A stretch of DNA of 64,000 nucleotides, taken from assembly GCF_018350175.1 (NCBI RefSeq), contig NC_058373.1:115818001-115882000 (forward strand), given 5' to 3'. Source of the stretch: Felis catus (taxonomy: Eukaryota). A model generated the notes under the pieces. The model did not search any database. It saw only the letters and a program-made list of their open reading frames with translations, and was not told the origin of the DNA. Below are positions 39,332 through 52,260 of the stretch, piece by piece (position 1 is the stretch's first letter; each line of letters starts with the position of its first letter). The position numbers were made by a program, and so were the translations under genes.

Positions 39332-41467
39332 ATGAGAATTGTTCTCCTGCTGTTCTGGGTTGGAATGTCTCTGTTCCCTTCCAGCTTCTCCCAGGCTGGG
39401 CCCTCCCAATGCCTCAGCAACCCAGAAGTTGTGGTCCCCTTAAAGGTGACCGGCAAGGGCAGAAGTGCAAAAACTCCAGGCTGGCTCTCCTACAGCCTAC
39501 AGTTTGGGGGCTGGAGACATGTTGTCCATATGAAGATCAAGAAGCTCTTGGTTTCCAGACACTTCCCGGTATTCACATACACAGATCAGCATGCTCTTCT
39601 CCAGGATGAGCCTTTTGTTCCCGACGACTGCTACTATCATGGCTATGTGGAAGGAGTCCCTGAGTCCCTGGTTTCCCTCAGTACCTGTTCTGGAGGTTTC
39701 CGAGGAATGCTGCAGATAAATGACCTTGCTTATGAAATTGAGCCCATCAGGCACTCTACCACATTTGAACACTTGGTTTATGAGATAAACACTAATGAGA
39801 CACAATTCCCACCTATGAGATGTGGCTTAACAATGAAGGAAATTGCACTCCAACAGTTGAGATTTGAAGAGGCTAACAAACCAACTCTGAAGCAAAATTC
39901 TAATGATAAATGGTGGACCCACTCATGGTTTCTGGAGCTGATTGTGGTGGTAGAGAGCAATTTCTTAGTTTATTCTCAAAGCAACTTCTCAAAGGTACAG
40001 GAGGATGTGTTTCTTGTTGTCAACATAGTAGATTCCATTTATGAGCAGTTGGGTACTTATGTGATTTTGACTGGGATTGAGATTTGGAATCAAGGAAATG
40101 TTTTCCAAATGATAAGCATAGAACAGGTTCTGAAGGATTTCTCTCAGTGGAAACAAATCAGTCTTTCCCGGCTACAGTATGATGTTGCACATTTTTTCAT
40201 AAAAAATTCACTTATAAGTGTACTTGGTATAGCCTATGTTGCAGGAATATGTCATCCTCCTATTGATTGTGGGGTTAACAATTTCCAAGGAGACTCGTGG
40301 TCTCTTTTTGCCCTCACTGTCGCCCATGAATTAGGACATACTTTGGGTATGCAGCATGATGAAGAATTCTGTTTGTGTGAGCAAAGTGGCTGCATCATGA
40401 ATGCTACCAGAGTTCCAGCAAAGAAATTCACCAATTGTAGTTACACAGATTTTACAGAGACCACTTTAAACCAGGGATCATGTCTACACAATATTCCACA
40501 TCCAGGGGAAGTCTTTATGCTTAAGCGCTGTGGGAATGGTGTGGTTGAAGGAGAAGAGGAATGTGACTGTGGATCTATAAAGCAGTGTCAACAGGATCCC
40601 TGTTGTCTGTTGAGCTGCACTCTGAGGCCTGGGGCTGCTTGTGCTTTTGGGCTTTGTTGCAAAAACTGTAAGTTCATGCCATCAGGGAAACTCTGTAGAC
40701 ATCAGGTCAATAAATGTGACCTTCCAGAGTGGTGCAATGGGACATCCCATCAGTGCCCCGAAGATGCATATGTGCAGGACGGGGTTCCCTGTGGTGACAA
40801 TGCCTACTGCTATAGAGGGAGGTGTAACAACCATGAAGAACAATGCAGGGAGATTTTTGGTGAAGGTGCAAAGGGTGCATCTCAGAGTTGCTACAAAGAA
40901 ATCAACACTCTGGGAAACCGTTTTGGCCACTGCGGTATAAATGGCACGACATACCTAAAATGTAATACCTCAGATATCTTTTGTGGCAGAGTTCAATGTG
41001 AGAATGTGAGGGTTATTCCCCATCTGAGAGATCACTCTAATTTGCAGCAAACTCACATCAATGGTGTCATCTGCTGGAGTGTTGACTATCATGTAGGCAT
41101 GGACACACCTGATGTTGGGGAAGTAAAAGATGGCACCATGTGTGGTCCAGGAAAGATCTGCATTCACAAGAAGTGTGTCAGTCTGTCTCTCTTATCACAA
41201 GTCTGCCTGGCTGAGACCTGCAACATGAAGGGGATCTGCAATAATAAACATCACTGCCACTGTGACTACGGGTGGTCCCCACCGTACTGCCTGCACAGAG
41301 GCTATGGAGGTAGTGTTGACAGTGGCCCAGCATCTGCCAAAAAAGTTTTCTTGCTGCTAGTTGTGAGTCTTACTTTGTCTGTTTTGTTTTTACTGTCAAC
41401 TGCTGTATTTATGTACTTTAGAAAACATTTTGGTCCCAAGGAGACGAAGGCACCGTCTTCGGGTTAG
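39332..41467 (+). CDS. ADAM21: ADAM21, intronless, intact Zn-protease motif (about 711 aa from ATG 39332)
   Basis: HELGHTLGMQHD motif and full ADAM domain set; close match to human ADAM21 as recalled (WWTHxWFLEL, GPKETKAxSSG end). The ORF track begins at GTG 39266, but the first in-frame ATG is 39332 (gtggccATGa), directly before the signal peptide. Confidence 0.93.
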   Translation: MRIVLLLFWVGMSLFPSSFSQAGPSQCLSNPEVVVPLKVTGKGRSAKTPGWLSYSLQFGGWRHVVHMKIKKLLVSRHFPVFTYTDQHALLQDEPFVPDDCYYHGYVEGVPESLVSLSTCSGGFRGMLQINDLAYEIEPIRHSTTFEHLVYEINTNETQFPPMRCGLTMKEIALQQLRFEEANKPTLKQNSNDKWWTHSWFLELIVVVESNFLVYSQSNFSKVQEDVFLVVNIVDSIYEQLGTYVILTGIEIWNQGNVFQMISIEQVLKDFSQWKQISLSRLQYDVAHFFIKNSLISVLGIAYVAGICHPPIDCGVNNFQGDSWSLFALTVAHELGHTLGMQHDEEFCLCEQSGCIMNATRVPAKKFTNCSYTDFTETTLNQGSCLHNIPHPGEVFMLKRCGNGVVEGEEECDCGSIKQCQQDPCCLLSCTLRPGAACAFGLCCKNCKFMPSGKLCRHQVNKCDLPEWCNGTSHQCPEDAYVQDGVPCGDNAYCYRGRCNNHEEQCREIFGEGAKGASQSCYKEINTLGNRFGHCGINGTTYLKCNTSDIFCGRVQCENVRVIPHLRDHSNLQQTHINGVICWSVDYHVGMDTPDVGEVKDGTMCGPGKICIHKKCVSLSLLSQVCLAETCNMKGICNNKHHCHCDYGWSPPYCLHRGYGGSVDSGPASAKKVFLLLVVSLTLSVLFLLSTAVFMYFRKHFGPKETKAPSSG

Positions 41468-41685
41468 GAAAATGCCTCTAATTTAATATCCTGTGCATTA
41501 TTAAGTTTTAGTCTCTTGGCAGGGAAAATGTTATTACATGCCCAAAACCAAGCACATTACTGACAATTTACAGAAAAATGCAGGAAACTTCCCTTTTGTC
41601 AGTATCAGAAGTATCAGAAACATTGCCATTAAGCAAAGGTAATTCCTAACATCTTCCTATCTACTGTTCATTGTTATAAGCAGCA

Positions 41686-41691
41686 AATAAA
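41686..41691 (+). terminator. Putative polyadenylation signal AATAAA of ADAM21
   Basis: First AATAAA ~220 nt after the stop, followed by a T/GT-rich element. Confidence 0.55.
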
Positions 41692-41784
41692 GCTCCATTT
41701 CCCCCAAGTTTATCCTCTTTGTGTTTCTTGAGCACAGATATGATTCATGGGAAATGCAGGAGACAGGTATGTGAGAACACAGAC

Positions 41785-42109
41785 TTCATTTACTTCCAAA
41801 GTAACTTTTCAAAGGTGCAGAGAATGTATTTCTTGTTGACACAGTGGATTCCATTCATCAGCAGTTGGGTACTTATGTGATTTTGAGTGGGATTGGGATT
41901 TGGGATATTGGAAATGTTTTCCCAATGATAAGCACAGAACAAACAGACTGCCAAGTTCATGCCATCAGGGGAACTCTGTAGACATCAGGTCAATAAACGT
42001 GACCTTCTGGCATAGTGCAATGGGACATCCCATCAGTGGCCAGCAGATGGGTATGTGCAGAATGGGATTCCCTGTAGCAACAGTGCCCACTGCTATCAAA
42101 AGAGATGTA
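41785..42109 (+). pseudogene. Decayed partial duplicate of ADAM21 (two fused fragments)
   Basis: ~41785-41941 aligns to ~39965-40124 and ~41942-42109 aligns to ~40660-40826, with indels and a stop (TGG>TAG). Confidence 0.85.
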
Positions 42110-43283
42110 TAAAGGAGGAGAAATGACTCAAATGTTTCTAACATTCTGCTCCAAAATCTGAAAAGAAAAATGATAATAATGTTTGTCCCACCCAACCTCC
42201 TGGGTTTATTTGGTAACCAAAAGAGAGAAGGAAATGAATTTTTATTAAAGTATAAACAAATTGTTTGTTTAATAAAAACTCCTGACCCTCTTCTTTCTGT
42301 CCTTCCTGGCTTTCTTTGCTTTAATTTGGCAGTTTGGGTATGCTCTTGAAATATTTGTTTTGAATATCAGAACATAATCTCTATGAGGTCAAGTTTGTTT
42401 TTGTTTTTTGTTGTTATATCCAATACCAAGAACAGTGCCTACTACAGAATACCTTCCTGGATGAAGTAATTAATTTGAATGGATTAATTGCATGAAATTT
42501 ATTAGGAAGTAAAAATAATACTTTGGTCCTCTTTTTAAAACGAATGCAGCTCTTGCTCAAAATTAAATTTTAAATATTTAAAATACGTGCCATTTATAAT
42601 GTTCCCTTCAGTGCCTTCCCAGTTTCTTTGTCCTCCAATTTTTCTTCTCAGTCCATTTGGAAATCCTGTCTCTTGAAAATACATGTCTAATCAGACACCT
42701 TCTATATATGGTCCAGATGATTTCTGAATGCCACTCTTTGTAAATTGAGTCAAACAACCTTTATAATATAATTTTCCATTATGCTTTGCACATATTGCAT
42801 CCTCTGGCTATTTTCTGTTTTGAATATACTTGGCTGTGTCATGATTCTGCACACCTGTACATGTAATTTCCATTGCCAAAATGCTGCTTACCATCCTCCC
42901 CCACTCCCTTGCCCTTGGAAACTCTAATTTTCCTCTTGGAGGTCAAACATCTTATCTTTGGAAAAGCATTTCCTTGTGAAATATTAGATGTTCTACTTGT
43001 GTACTCCTGTCACTTTGTAGTCATTCTTTGATGCACTCTAGAATAGATGAGGAGAAAGTCTAACAGCCAGGGACAGAAAGAAGAAAAGGATGTCTAGTGG
43101 AACCATAGAAACAGGGGAGGATGAACCAAGAAGACAATCTGATTAAACCTAGTTTTAGAAGATAAGTCAGAGAAAGGTTCACATGTTTTAAGCATATATG
43201 TTCACATAGAGACAAAAGGCAGCTGTTCCAATTTATTGATTCTCTTTTAAAATTGAGCATTTGGGGCACCAATTGACCATTTG

Positions 43284-43667
43284 GGGAGCCTGGGTGGCTC
43301 ACCACATCGAGCTCTGTGCTGACAGCTCAGTGTCTGGAGCCTGCTTCGGATTCTGTGTCTCCCTCTCTCTCTGCCCCTCCCCGGCTCATTCTATCTCTCT
43401 CTCAAAAATAAGCATTAAAAAAATTAAAACAAAACAAAAGAAGGTTAAATTTGATTACAGTCAAATTTACCAATATAATATTCTTTATTTTTAATTTGAG
43501 AGAGAGCACACAAGCTGAGGAGAGGGACAGAGGGGGAGACAGAATCTTAAGCAGGCTCCACGTTCAGCACAGAGCCTGACTCAGGGCTCAATCCCATGAC
43601 CCTGGGATCAGACCTGAACCGAAATCAAGAGTCAGACACTCAACCGACTGAGCCACCCAGGATCCCC
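43284..43667. mobile_element. Two CAN-SINEs (43284-~43445 plus, internally deleted; ~43485-43667 minus)
   Basis: SINE head/(CT)n/tail motifs in opposite orientations. Confidence 0.82.
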
Positions 43668-43765
43668 TATTAATCTAATATTCTATTTACTGGGTTTTAT
43701 ATTTTTGCTTGAGATTACTTTGAGAGAATCCTTTTTATATTTGGTAACATGTTGGCTTCAGTTTT

Positions 43766-43976
43766 TTTTTTTTCAACGTTTATTTATTTTTGGGACAGAG
43801 AGAGACAGAGCATGAACGGGGGAGGGGCAGAGAGAGAGGGAGACACAGAAACGGAAACAGGCTCCAGGCTCTGAGCCATCAGCCCAGAGCCCGACGCGGG
43901 GCTCGAACTCACGGACCACGAGATCGTGACCTGGCCGAAGTCGGAGGCTTAACCGACTGCGCCACCCAGGCGCCCC
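43766..43976 (-). mobile_element. Young SINEC_Fc
   Basis: TSD ttggcttcagtttt. Confidence 0.95.
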
Positions 43977-44554
43977 TTGGCTTCAGTTTTAATGGTTAAA
44001 TCTGGATTTTACTTTGCTATAAGGAGTGAAATAGGACTCCAACCATATATTTTTCAATTGGCTAGCCAGTTGTTCCAATATATTTTATAAGCCATTGTTT
44101 ACTGTTTTACTGGTAAATTAAGATTTTGTATTATATTTTAATGTTAATTTGTTAGTCACATTATTTTACTGGTAAGTTTTTATAAGAAGGCACACCTTTT
44201 GCATTATTTCTAATTTTAGGAAAACTGCATTATTACTTTGTTAGTTGAGTTCACTAGGGCTGGATATCAAGATTAGTGGGTAGAATTTAACCTCCTTATA
44301 ACAAACATATAGTCTTTTACCTATTGTTTTAATCTGGGTCCTCCAAAAAGCAGACAGACCAGGATTTAAGTGGAGTTAGTTTATTTGGGAAGCACAATCA
44401 GGAGTATATTAATGAGCAAGTTTCCACTGTGGGGTCATCCCCTGTGAACTCTCTAAGAAGTCATATGAAATATACTTTGGAATATGCCTCCGTGGTACAG
44501 GAGAAAATATTCTGGAAGAGAAGTGAAATAAAGATGTTTCATTTATTATTATTA

Positions 44555-45153
44555 GGTGTTCACTGGAGCAGAACTTTTAATTTTCTTTAGGAACTTTTCC
44601 TTTGCATTCACAACTTGACCATTTGGCACCATCGATCTAGCTTTTGGTCTGTCTCAGATTTCAACATGCCTTCCTCCCTAAGCTTAGCCATTGCTAGCTT
44701 TTGATTTAATATGAGAGATGTGCAACTTTTGCTTTCACTTGAACACTGAGGAGCCATTGTAGTTATTAATTAGCCTAATTTCAATATGGTTGTGCCTTAG
44801 GGAATTGGGAGGCCCAAGAAGAGGGAGAGAGGTCAGTGCAACAGTCAGAAAACAGAAAACATCATCAATTAAGTTTACCATCTTAAATGGGCATGGTTCA
44901 CGACAACCCAAAACAATCACAACAGCAACATCAAAAATCACTGATCACAGACCATCATGACAAATATAATGAAAATGTTTGAAATAATATAAGGATTACC
45001 AAAATGTAACACAGAAAACTGAAGTGAGAAAATGCTGTTGGAAAAATGGAGCTGACAGACCTACTCAGAGTTGCCAAAACCCAATTAAAAAAAAAAAAGT
45101 TCTCTGCCAAGTACAAAAAACCCAAAGCAAACAAAGAAAATGAAGTATGCCTA
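44555..45153 (-). mobile_element. Tigger1 (TcMar) DNA transposon, 5' fragment
   Basis: Ends in atgaagtatgcct-ata, matching the recalled TIR CAGGCATACCTC; internal match ccatttttccaacagc..gtgatcagtgatttttgatgtt. Confidence 0.8.
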
Positions 45154-45969
45154 TATACATCCAAAATCTTGCTTCAAAGCTATGTTAACTCTTCTTTTCA
45201 CAGTATAAAAACAAAATAATTTATATTTGAATAAAATATAAAACCCAGTAAACAGAATATTAGATAATTTGACACTCCTCAGAACATCACACTGGTCCAC
45301 CAATATTGGTGGAAGCATGCTAACCAAATCTGGGGAATGGCAAGTATTGTGAATCCATGTCAGAGTATGGGAGAAAAGCTACACAAATATTTAGGGGCCT
45401 GTCACACTGGGGATATTTTCAGGGGTACAACAGTGGGAGCACACTAAGACATTCCTTTCAATCTAAAGAACAAATTAATAAAACCCAAGTCTCCTATCAC
45501 TGATAAAGAAGCATACTGCCTGATAGGGTAAGTCACTCTGGCCCCACCCCTTCTCCTTCTCTGCTTCCTTCTCTTTTTCCCTCACCTTCTTTCCCTTCTT
45601 TCTCTTTGATTTTCTGCATTCATTTAAACATAAATCTGCAAAAACACCTACAAAAATTTCTAGGCCTTTAAAAACTTCATTGAAATGTTCCTGAAGATTT
45701 CAAGTATATGTAAAAATGGAAACAGTATAATTATGAACTCATATACTCCCAGTAGCCACATTCAACACACAAGATTTTGCGACTCCTGCTTTGTTTATCC
45801 CAATTTTTCTGCTGAAATATCTGTAGAACAAGTCCTAGATTTTGTGCTATTATACTCCAATTCACTTCAATATGCATATCTAGAATAGCTTCTATATTTT
45901 CGAGGTGGTAGTAAATTAAATAATATATTATCTGAAAACAATGTAACAAGTTAATGATGTATATTATAA

Positions 45970-46181
45970 TTTTTTTTTCAACGTTTATTTATTTTTGGGA
46001 CAGAGAGAGACAGAGCATGAACGGGGGAGGGGCAGAGAGAGAGGGAGACACAGAAACGGAAACAGGCTCCAGGCTCTGAGCCATCAGCCCAGAGCCCAAC
46101 ACGGGGCTCGAACTCACGGACCGCGAGATCGTGACCTGGCTGAAGTCGGACGCTTAACCGACTGCGCCACCCAGGCACCCC
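45970..46181 (-). mobile_element. Young SINEC_Fc
   Basis: TSD aatgatgtatattataa. Confidence 0.95.
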
Positions 46182-46224
46182 AATGATGTATATTATAAAC
46201 CCCAGAGCAACAACTAAAATATTT

Positions 46225-46443
46225 TAAATTGTTTTTTTAATGTTTTTATTTATTTTTGAGACAGAGAGAGACAGAGCATGAGCAGGGGAGGGGCAGAGAG
46301 AGAGGGAGACACAGAATCCGAAGCAGGCTCCAGGCTCCAAGGTGTCAGCACAAAGCCTGACATGGGGCTCAAACTCACGGACTGTGAGATCATGACCTGA
46401 GCTGAAGTTGGACGCTTACCTGACTGAGCCACCCAGGTGCCCC
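46225..46443 (-). mobile_element. CAN-SINE
   Basis: SINE consensus, TSD-like aactaaaa. Confidence 0.9.
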
Positions 46444-46449
46444 TAACTA

Positions 46450-48699
46450 AAAAATTTTTTAAAAGAGATATTAGTAGTAAGCCAATAATGGAGATAAAAT
46501 AAAATTCAAAGAAATATTCAACCAAAGAAGGCACAGAAATAGAAAAAAAGTTATGAAGAGCAGATGACACAAACAGAAAACCAATAGCAAGATGGTCAAA
46601 TTAGGTCCAGCTATAAAAATAATTACAAAAAATTTATATAGCCCAAATACACCAATCAAAGGTAGACATTACAAAACTGGTTTAAAAAGGAAGGTGTAAT
46701 CGTATGTCTATAAGAAACATTCTTTAAGCAAGTCATATAGATTAAGATACTAGGATGGTAAATGTTAGCTACATAAACATTAATTGTAAGTAAGGAGAAT
46801 TGCTAAATTGACATCAGAAGATGTGGACCTCAAGACAAAAAAGTACTTAGAGATAGAGACATTTCATAATCATAAAAAATGGTCACTACATCAAGAAAAC
46901 ATAACAATCCAAATTGCACAGGCACATGATAACACAAATATAATAAATGTAAGTAAAAAACTGGCAGGTAAAAGGAGAAATACACAAGCTACTATTTGTG
47001 GAGTGATTATTTCAACATTCCTCCCTCTCTAATTAATAGAACAGGTAGATGGAAAATCAGTAAAGATATAGAAGACTTGAGTAGCTGTATCAACCGACTT
47101 GACTCATGTGACATTTATAAAACATTACATCCAACATTAGCAGTATACAGATTCTTTTCAAGTACACGTGGAACATTCGCTATGCTGGTCTATGAAACAA
47201 GTCTTTAGAAATTTAAGAGATTTTATTTATTTATTTATTATTTTTTTATTTTTTTAGAAAGAGAGTGTGAGCAGGGGAGAGGGGCAGAGGGGGAGAGAGA
47301 GAGAGAATCCTAAAGAGGCCCCACACTGAGTGATTAAGCCTGACATGGGCATTAATCCCACAACCCTGGGATCATGACCTGAGCCAAAAATCAAGAGTCT
47401 GTTGCTCAGTCTAGTGAACCACCCAGGTGCCCAAGAAGTTTAAAATTATGCAAGTAAGTTAGAAAACAAAATGTAAGTTAGAAAACAATTACAAAAACAT
47501 ACTGTGAAACTCACCCAAATATATGGACATTAATCAACACATCTTTTACTTGTGAATGACAGGAGAAATCATGAGAGAAATTGGAAAATATTTGAACTGA
47601 ATGAAAATAAACTTACTGCATGTAAAAATTTGTGAAATGTAGTGAAAGCAATACCAATATAATTCCTAGCTGCATTTTTGTAGACATAGACAAGTTAATT
47701 CTAAAATTTACATGGGAGGGCAAATGAACAAGTATAACTAAAATAATTTTGAAAAATGAAGAGAAAGAAGAATCACACTACCCTATTTAAAGATTTAATA
47801 CAGGTGCACCTGGGTAGTTCAGTTTATTAAGTGTCTAACTCTTGATTTTGACTCAGCTCAAGATCTCATGGTTCTTGAGTTCAAGCCCTGCGTCAGGGCT
47901 CAGCGCTGTGCTCTGAACTGTCAGTGCACAGCCTGGTTGGAATTCTCTGTCTCCCTCTCTCCCTGCCCCTCCCCTACTCCCTCTCTCTCTTTTTCTCTCT
48001 CAAAATAAATAAATAAACTTAAAAAAAAGATTTAACACCAAGCTACAGTAATAAAGACAGTGTAGTACAGGCAAAGGGATAAACGTACAGATCAGTGAAA
48101 CAATAGAAAATCAAATTGACAGATATAAATATCACCATTTGGTCTTTGATGAAGGTGCAAAACCAACTCTATGGAGATAGCAATCCATCAAACAAATGGT
48201 GTTTTAACTTTTAAACATCCTTATGCAAAAAAAGTGAATGCTTACACTTTCTACAAAAATTAACTCAAAATGGACCATAAATCTGAATATAAAATGTAAC
48301 CTATCAACTTTTAAAAGAAAACGTAGGAAAATCTTTGTATCCTTCAGTTAGGCAGACCTCTCAGAATTGACACCAAAAGCACAAGCCATGAAACATTAAT
48401 ACATAGGACTTTGTCAGAAATCTTTTGCTCTATGAAAGGCACTATCAAAAGAATGAAAAAACAAGCAAAGTTTGGAAGAAAATATATGTAAATCACATAT
48501 TCAGCAAGGGACTTGTATCCAGAGTATATAAAGGGAATCTTAAAACTCAACAAGCAAAACAACAACCCAATTTTTAACAGCAAAGGACTTGATAAAAGTT
48601 CTTTATCAAAGAGCATAGAAAGATAATAAACAGGCACCTGAATAGTTGTTTAACACCGTTATCCAATAAAGAAATGCACATTAAAACTACCATGAGATG
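46450..48699 (+). mobile_element. Old L1M ORF2 remnants with SINEs at ~47220-47433 (minus) and 47803-48028 (plus)
   Basis: EN-like peptide (KISKDIEDL..DIYKTLHP..FFSSTRGTF) and C-terminal motifs. Confidence 0.75.
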
Positions 48700-49166
48700 A
48701 GTATGAAAGCTTTTTTTGTGTCTCGCATCCATGAAATACAGTCAGACCAGCACTAAACCATCCTCCACACCTAGAAGACTGATCTGAGGAATAACACAAC
48801 AAGCTGCACAACCTGAACTACAGAACTCAGCAGGTACATGGTGAGGAGAGGTGAACTGGGGGAGAGAGAAGCCATGGAAGGCAGTGAGCTGTTTTTGCGT
48901 GCGGAGAGAGGACACAGATGGGGGGCGGGGGGAGAATATCGAAAAAGCACCCCCCCCCCAAAAAAAAGCAGCTGGAAAGAAAGTGGAAAAGTGGAAACAG
49001 CCGCAGGGACTGAACTAAAAAGGGAGAAAGGAGAAAGGAGAGGGCTTAAATCCCATTAAAACTCTATAAACAGGGGGAGTACAGAGTCTGAAACTACGCA
49101 GTTCAATATCTGGCCATGCTCTGGTGAGAAGGGCAAATCCCTGGGAGCAGAGTGAAGTCTGGCGTT

Positions 49167-49388
49167 CTTTTTTTTTTTTTTTCAACGTTTTTTATTTATT
49201 TTTGGGACAGAGAGAGACAGAGCATGAACGGGGGAGGGCCAGAGAGAGAGGGAGACACAGAATCGGAAACAGGCTCCAGGCTCCGAGCCATCAGCCCAGA
49301 GCCCGACGCGGGGCTCAAACTCACGGACCGCGAGATCGTGACCTGGCTGAAGTCGCACGCTTAACCGACTGCACCACCCAGGCGCCCC
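49167..49388 (-). mobile_element. Young SINEC_Fc in the L1 5'UTR
   Basis: TSD aagtctgg(c/g)gttctt. Confidence 0.95.
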
Positions 49389-51051
49389 AAGTCTGGGGTT
49401 CTTCAGGCTACACAGGGAGGGGCGGTTCCCCTGCTGGGAAGACATCTGGTAGAGGCTGTGTGGCTCCCCCAAAGGCCCCAGTGGACCCAGGAGAACAACC
49501 ACATTTGCTGGTGCTGGAACAAGGTCATTGTGGGTGAAACCTGGTGCCAGATGTGTGTTGTGATTTTCCATAATCCCTGAAACCCTGCTGCCACCTGATC
49601 ACACGAACTTTTTCTGGGGTGGGCTGGCACCCAGCCCCAGTCTCTGGGCATTGGCATTGGCAGCAGCACAATCCCGCAAAGGTTTCTGGGTGCAGCCGGC
49701 ACCCAGGGAGGTGCTGCCTGGGGTTTGGTCATGGATGGTGTAAAAGCAGGGAGTGGAAGGAAGCCGAGGAAAAAGGACAGGTATGCGATTGCTGGTCGGG
49801 GAGCGCACAGAGTTCCAGTACTAGAGACTGGGTAGCTGGGTGATGCCATTTTCACCGCTCCAGCGCATGCGCATACACACCTACAAGCACCACAACAATC
49901 CACCCCAGTATGCTAGCAGCGCCATCTAGTGGAGAATGGAGCCATTACACAAGCCCTGCCCAACTGGGCCAACCTTGCTCTTCAGGAACACAGCTCTTCA
50001 GGCTCTCTGCCTACTTAGTTTACAGACTATAAAGCGCTTCATAGGTTGACTTCTAGGGGAATATGAAGTAATTTCAGTCATATTTCAGTCTATTCAGTGG
50101 TCCATCTATTCAATTTTCTTTTTTTTTCCTTTTTTTTCCTTTTTTTGTTTCTTTTCTTTTTATTGAATACAGAAAGAGAAAAAAATTTATTTTCATTTTC
50201 AAATTTTATTAAAATATTTTTAATTTTTTTCTGCTATATTTTTTACTTTTGGGTAAATTTTTTCAAATTCTATTTTACCTCCATCTTTCCATTTTATTCT
50301 ATTTCAGTGTATTCATTTTTTCAAATTTTCAAATGATTTCCTTTTTTATTTTCCTTTCCCCTTTTTTCTATAATCTATCAAGCTCCTTTCAACACCCAGA
50401 CCAAAACACATCTAGTATCTAGCATCATTTATTTGATTTTTTTTGTTTGTTGTTTTTAATTTTGTAATTAAAAAAAAATTTAATTGTTTTTAATTCTTTT
50501 TACCTCATTAATTCCTTTTCTCCCTTCAAAATGACAAAATGAAGGAATTTACCCCAAAAGAAAGAGCAGGAAGAAACAACAGCCAGGGACATAACTAACA
50601 CAGATACAAGCAAGACGTCTGAATCAGAATTTAGAACCACGATAATAAGAATACTAGATGGAGTTAAAAATAGATTAGAATCCCTTTCTGTGGAGATAAA
50701 AGAAGTAAAAGCTAGTCAGAATGAAATAAAAAATGTAACTGAGCTGCAATCTCGAATGGATGCCACGGTGGCAAGGATGGATGTGCAGAGCAGAGAATCA
50801 GTGATATATAGGACAAACTTCTCGAGAATAATGAAGCAGAAAAAAAAAAGAGGGAGATTAAGGCAAAAGAGCACAATTTAAGAATTAGAGAAATCAGTGA
50901 CTCATTAAAAAGGAACGTCAGAATCATAGGGGTCCCAGAAGATAAAGAGAGAGAAAAAGGGGTAGAAGTGTTACGTGAGCAAATCATAATGGAAAACACC
51001 AAAATCCAGAAAACACAGAGGACTCCCATTAGATTCAACAAAAACTGGCCA

Positions 51052-51290
51052 GGGGCGCCTGGGTGGCGTAGTCGGTTGGGCGTCCGACTTCAGCCAGGTC
51101 ACGATCTCGCGGTCCGTGAGTTCGAGCCCCGCGTCGGGCTCTGGGCTGATGGCTCAGAGCCTGGAGCCTGTTTCCGATTCTGTGTCTCCCTCTCTCTCTG
51201 CCCCTCCCCCGTTCATGCTCTGTCTCTCTCTGTCCCAAAAATAAATAAACGTTGAAAAAAAAATTTTTTTTAAAAAATAAAAAAAAAAAA
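51052..51290 (+). mobile_element. Young SINEC_Fc in L1 ORF1
   Basis: TSD aacaaaaactg(g/a)cca. Confidence 0.95.
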
Positions 51291-51989
51291 ACAAAAACTG
51301 ACCATCAACTAGGCATATCGTAGTCAAATTCACAAAATACTCAGGCAAGGAGAGAATCATGAAAGCAGCAAGGGGAAAAAAGTCCTTAACCTACAAGGGA
51401 ATACAGATCAGGTTTGCAGCAGACCTATCCACAGAACCTTCATGGGCCAGAAAGGAGTGGCAGGATATAGTCAATGTGCTGAATCAGAAAAATATGCAGC
51501 CAAGAATTCTTTATCCAGCAAGGCTGCCATTCAAAATAGAAGGAGAGATTAAAAGTTTCCCAGACAAACACAAATTAAAGGAGTTTGTGACCACTAAACC
51601 AGCCCTGCAAGAAGTTTTAAGGGGGACTCTCTGAGGGGAGAAGATAAAAACAAACAAACAAATAAATAAATAAAGACCAAAAGCAACAAAGACTAGAAAG
51701 GACCTGAGAACACCACCAGAAACTCCAACTCTACAAGTAATATAATGGCAATAAATTCATATCTTTCGATACTCACTCTAAACATCAATGGACTAAATCG
51801 CCAATCAAAAGACATAGGGTAACAGAATGGATAAGAAAACAAGATCCATCTACATGCTGTTTACAAGAGACCCACTTTCAACCCAAAGGCACCTTCAGAT
51901 TGAAAGTGAGGGGATGGAGAACCATCTATCATGCTAATGGTCAACGAAAGAAAGCTGGAATAGCCATACTTATATCAGACAATCTAGAC

Positions 51990-52260
51990 CTTAATTTTTT
52001 TATGTTTATTTATTTTTTAAGAATGAGAAAGACAGAGCATGAGTGGGGGAGAGGCAGAGAAAGAGGGAGACACAGAATCCAAAGTAGGCTCCAGGCTTTG
52101 AGCTGTCACCACCGAGCATGATATGGGGCTTGAACTCAGAGAACATGGGATCATGACCTGAGCCAAAGTCGGATGCCTAACCGACTGAGCTACCCAGGCA
52201 CCCCTAATTAACTTAAAAAAAGTTTTTTAATGTTTATTTATTTTTTAAGAATGAGAAAGA
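51990..52260 (-). mobile_element. CAN-SINE in L1 ORF2 with a duplicated tail piece
   Basis: TSD agacaatctagac at 51977 and 52261. Confidence 0.9.
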
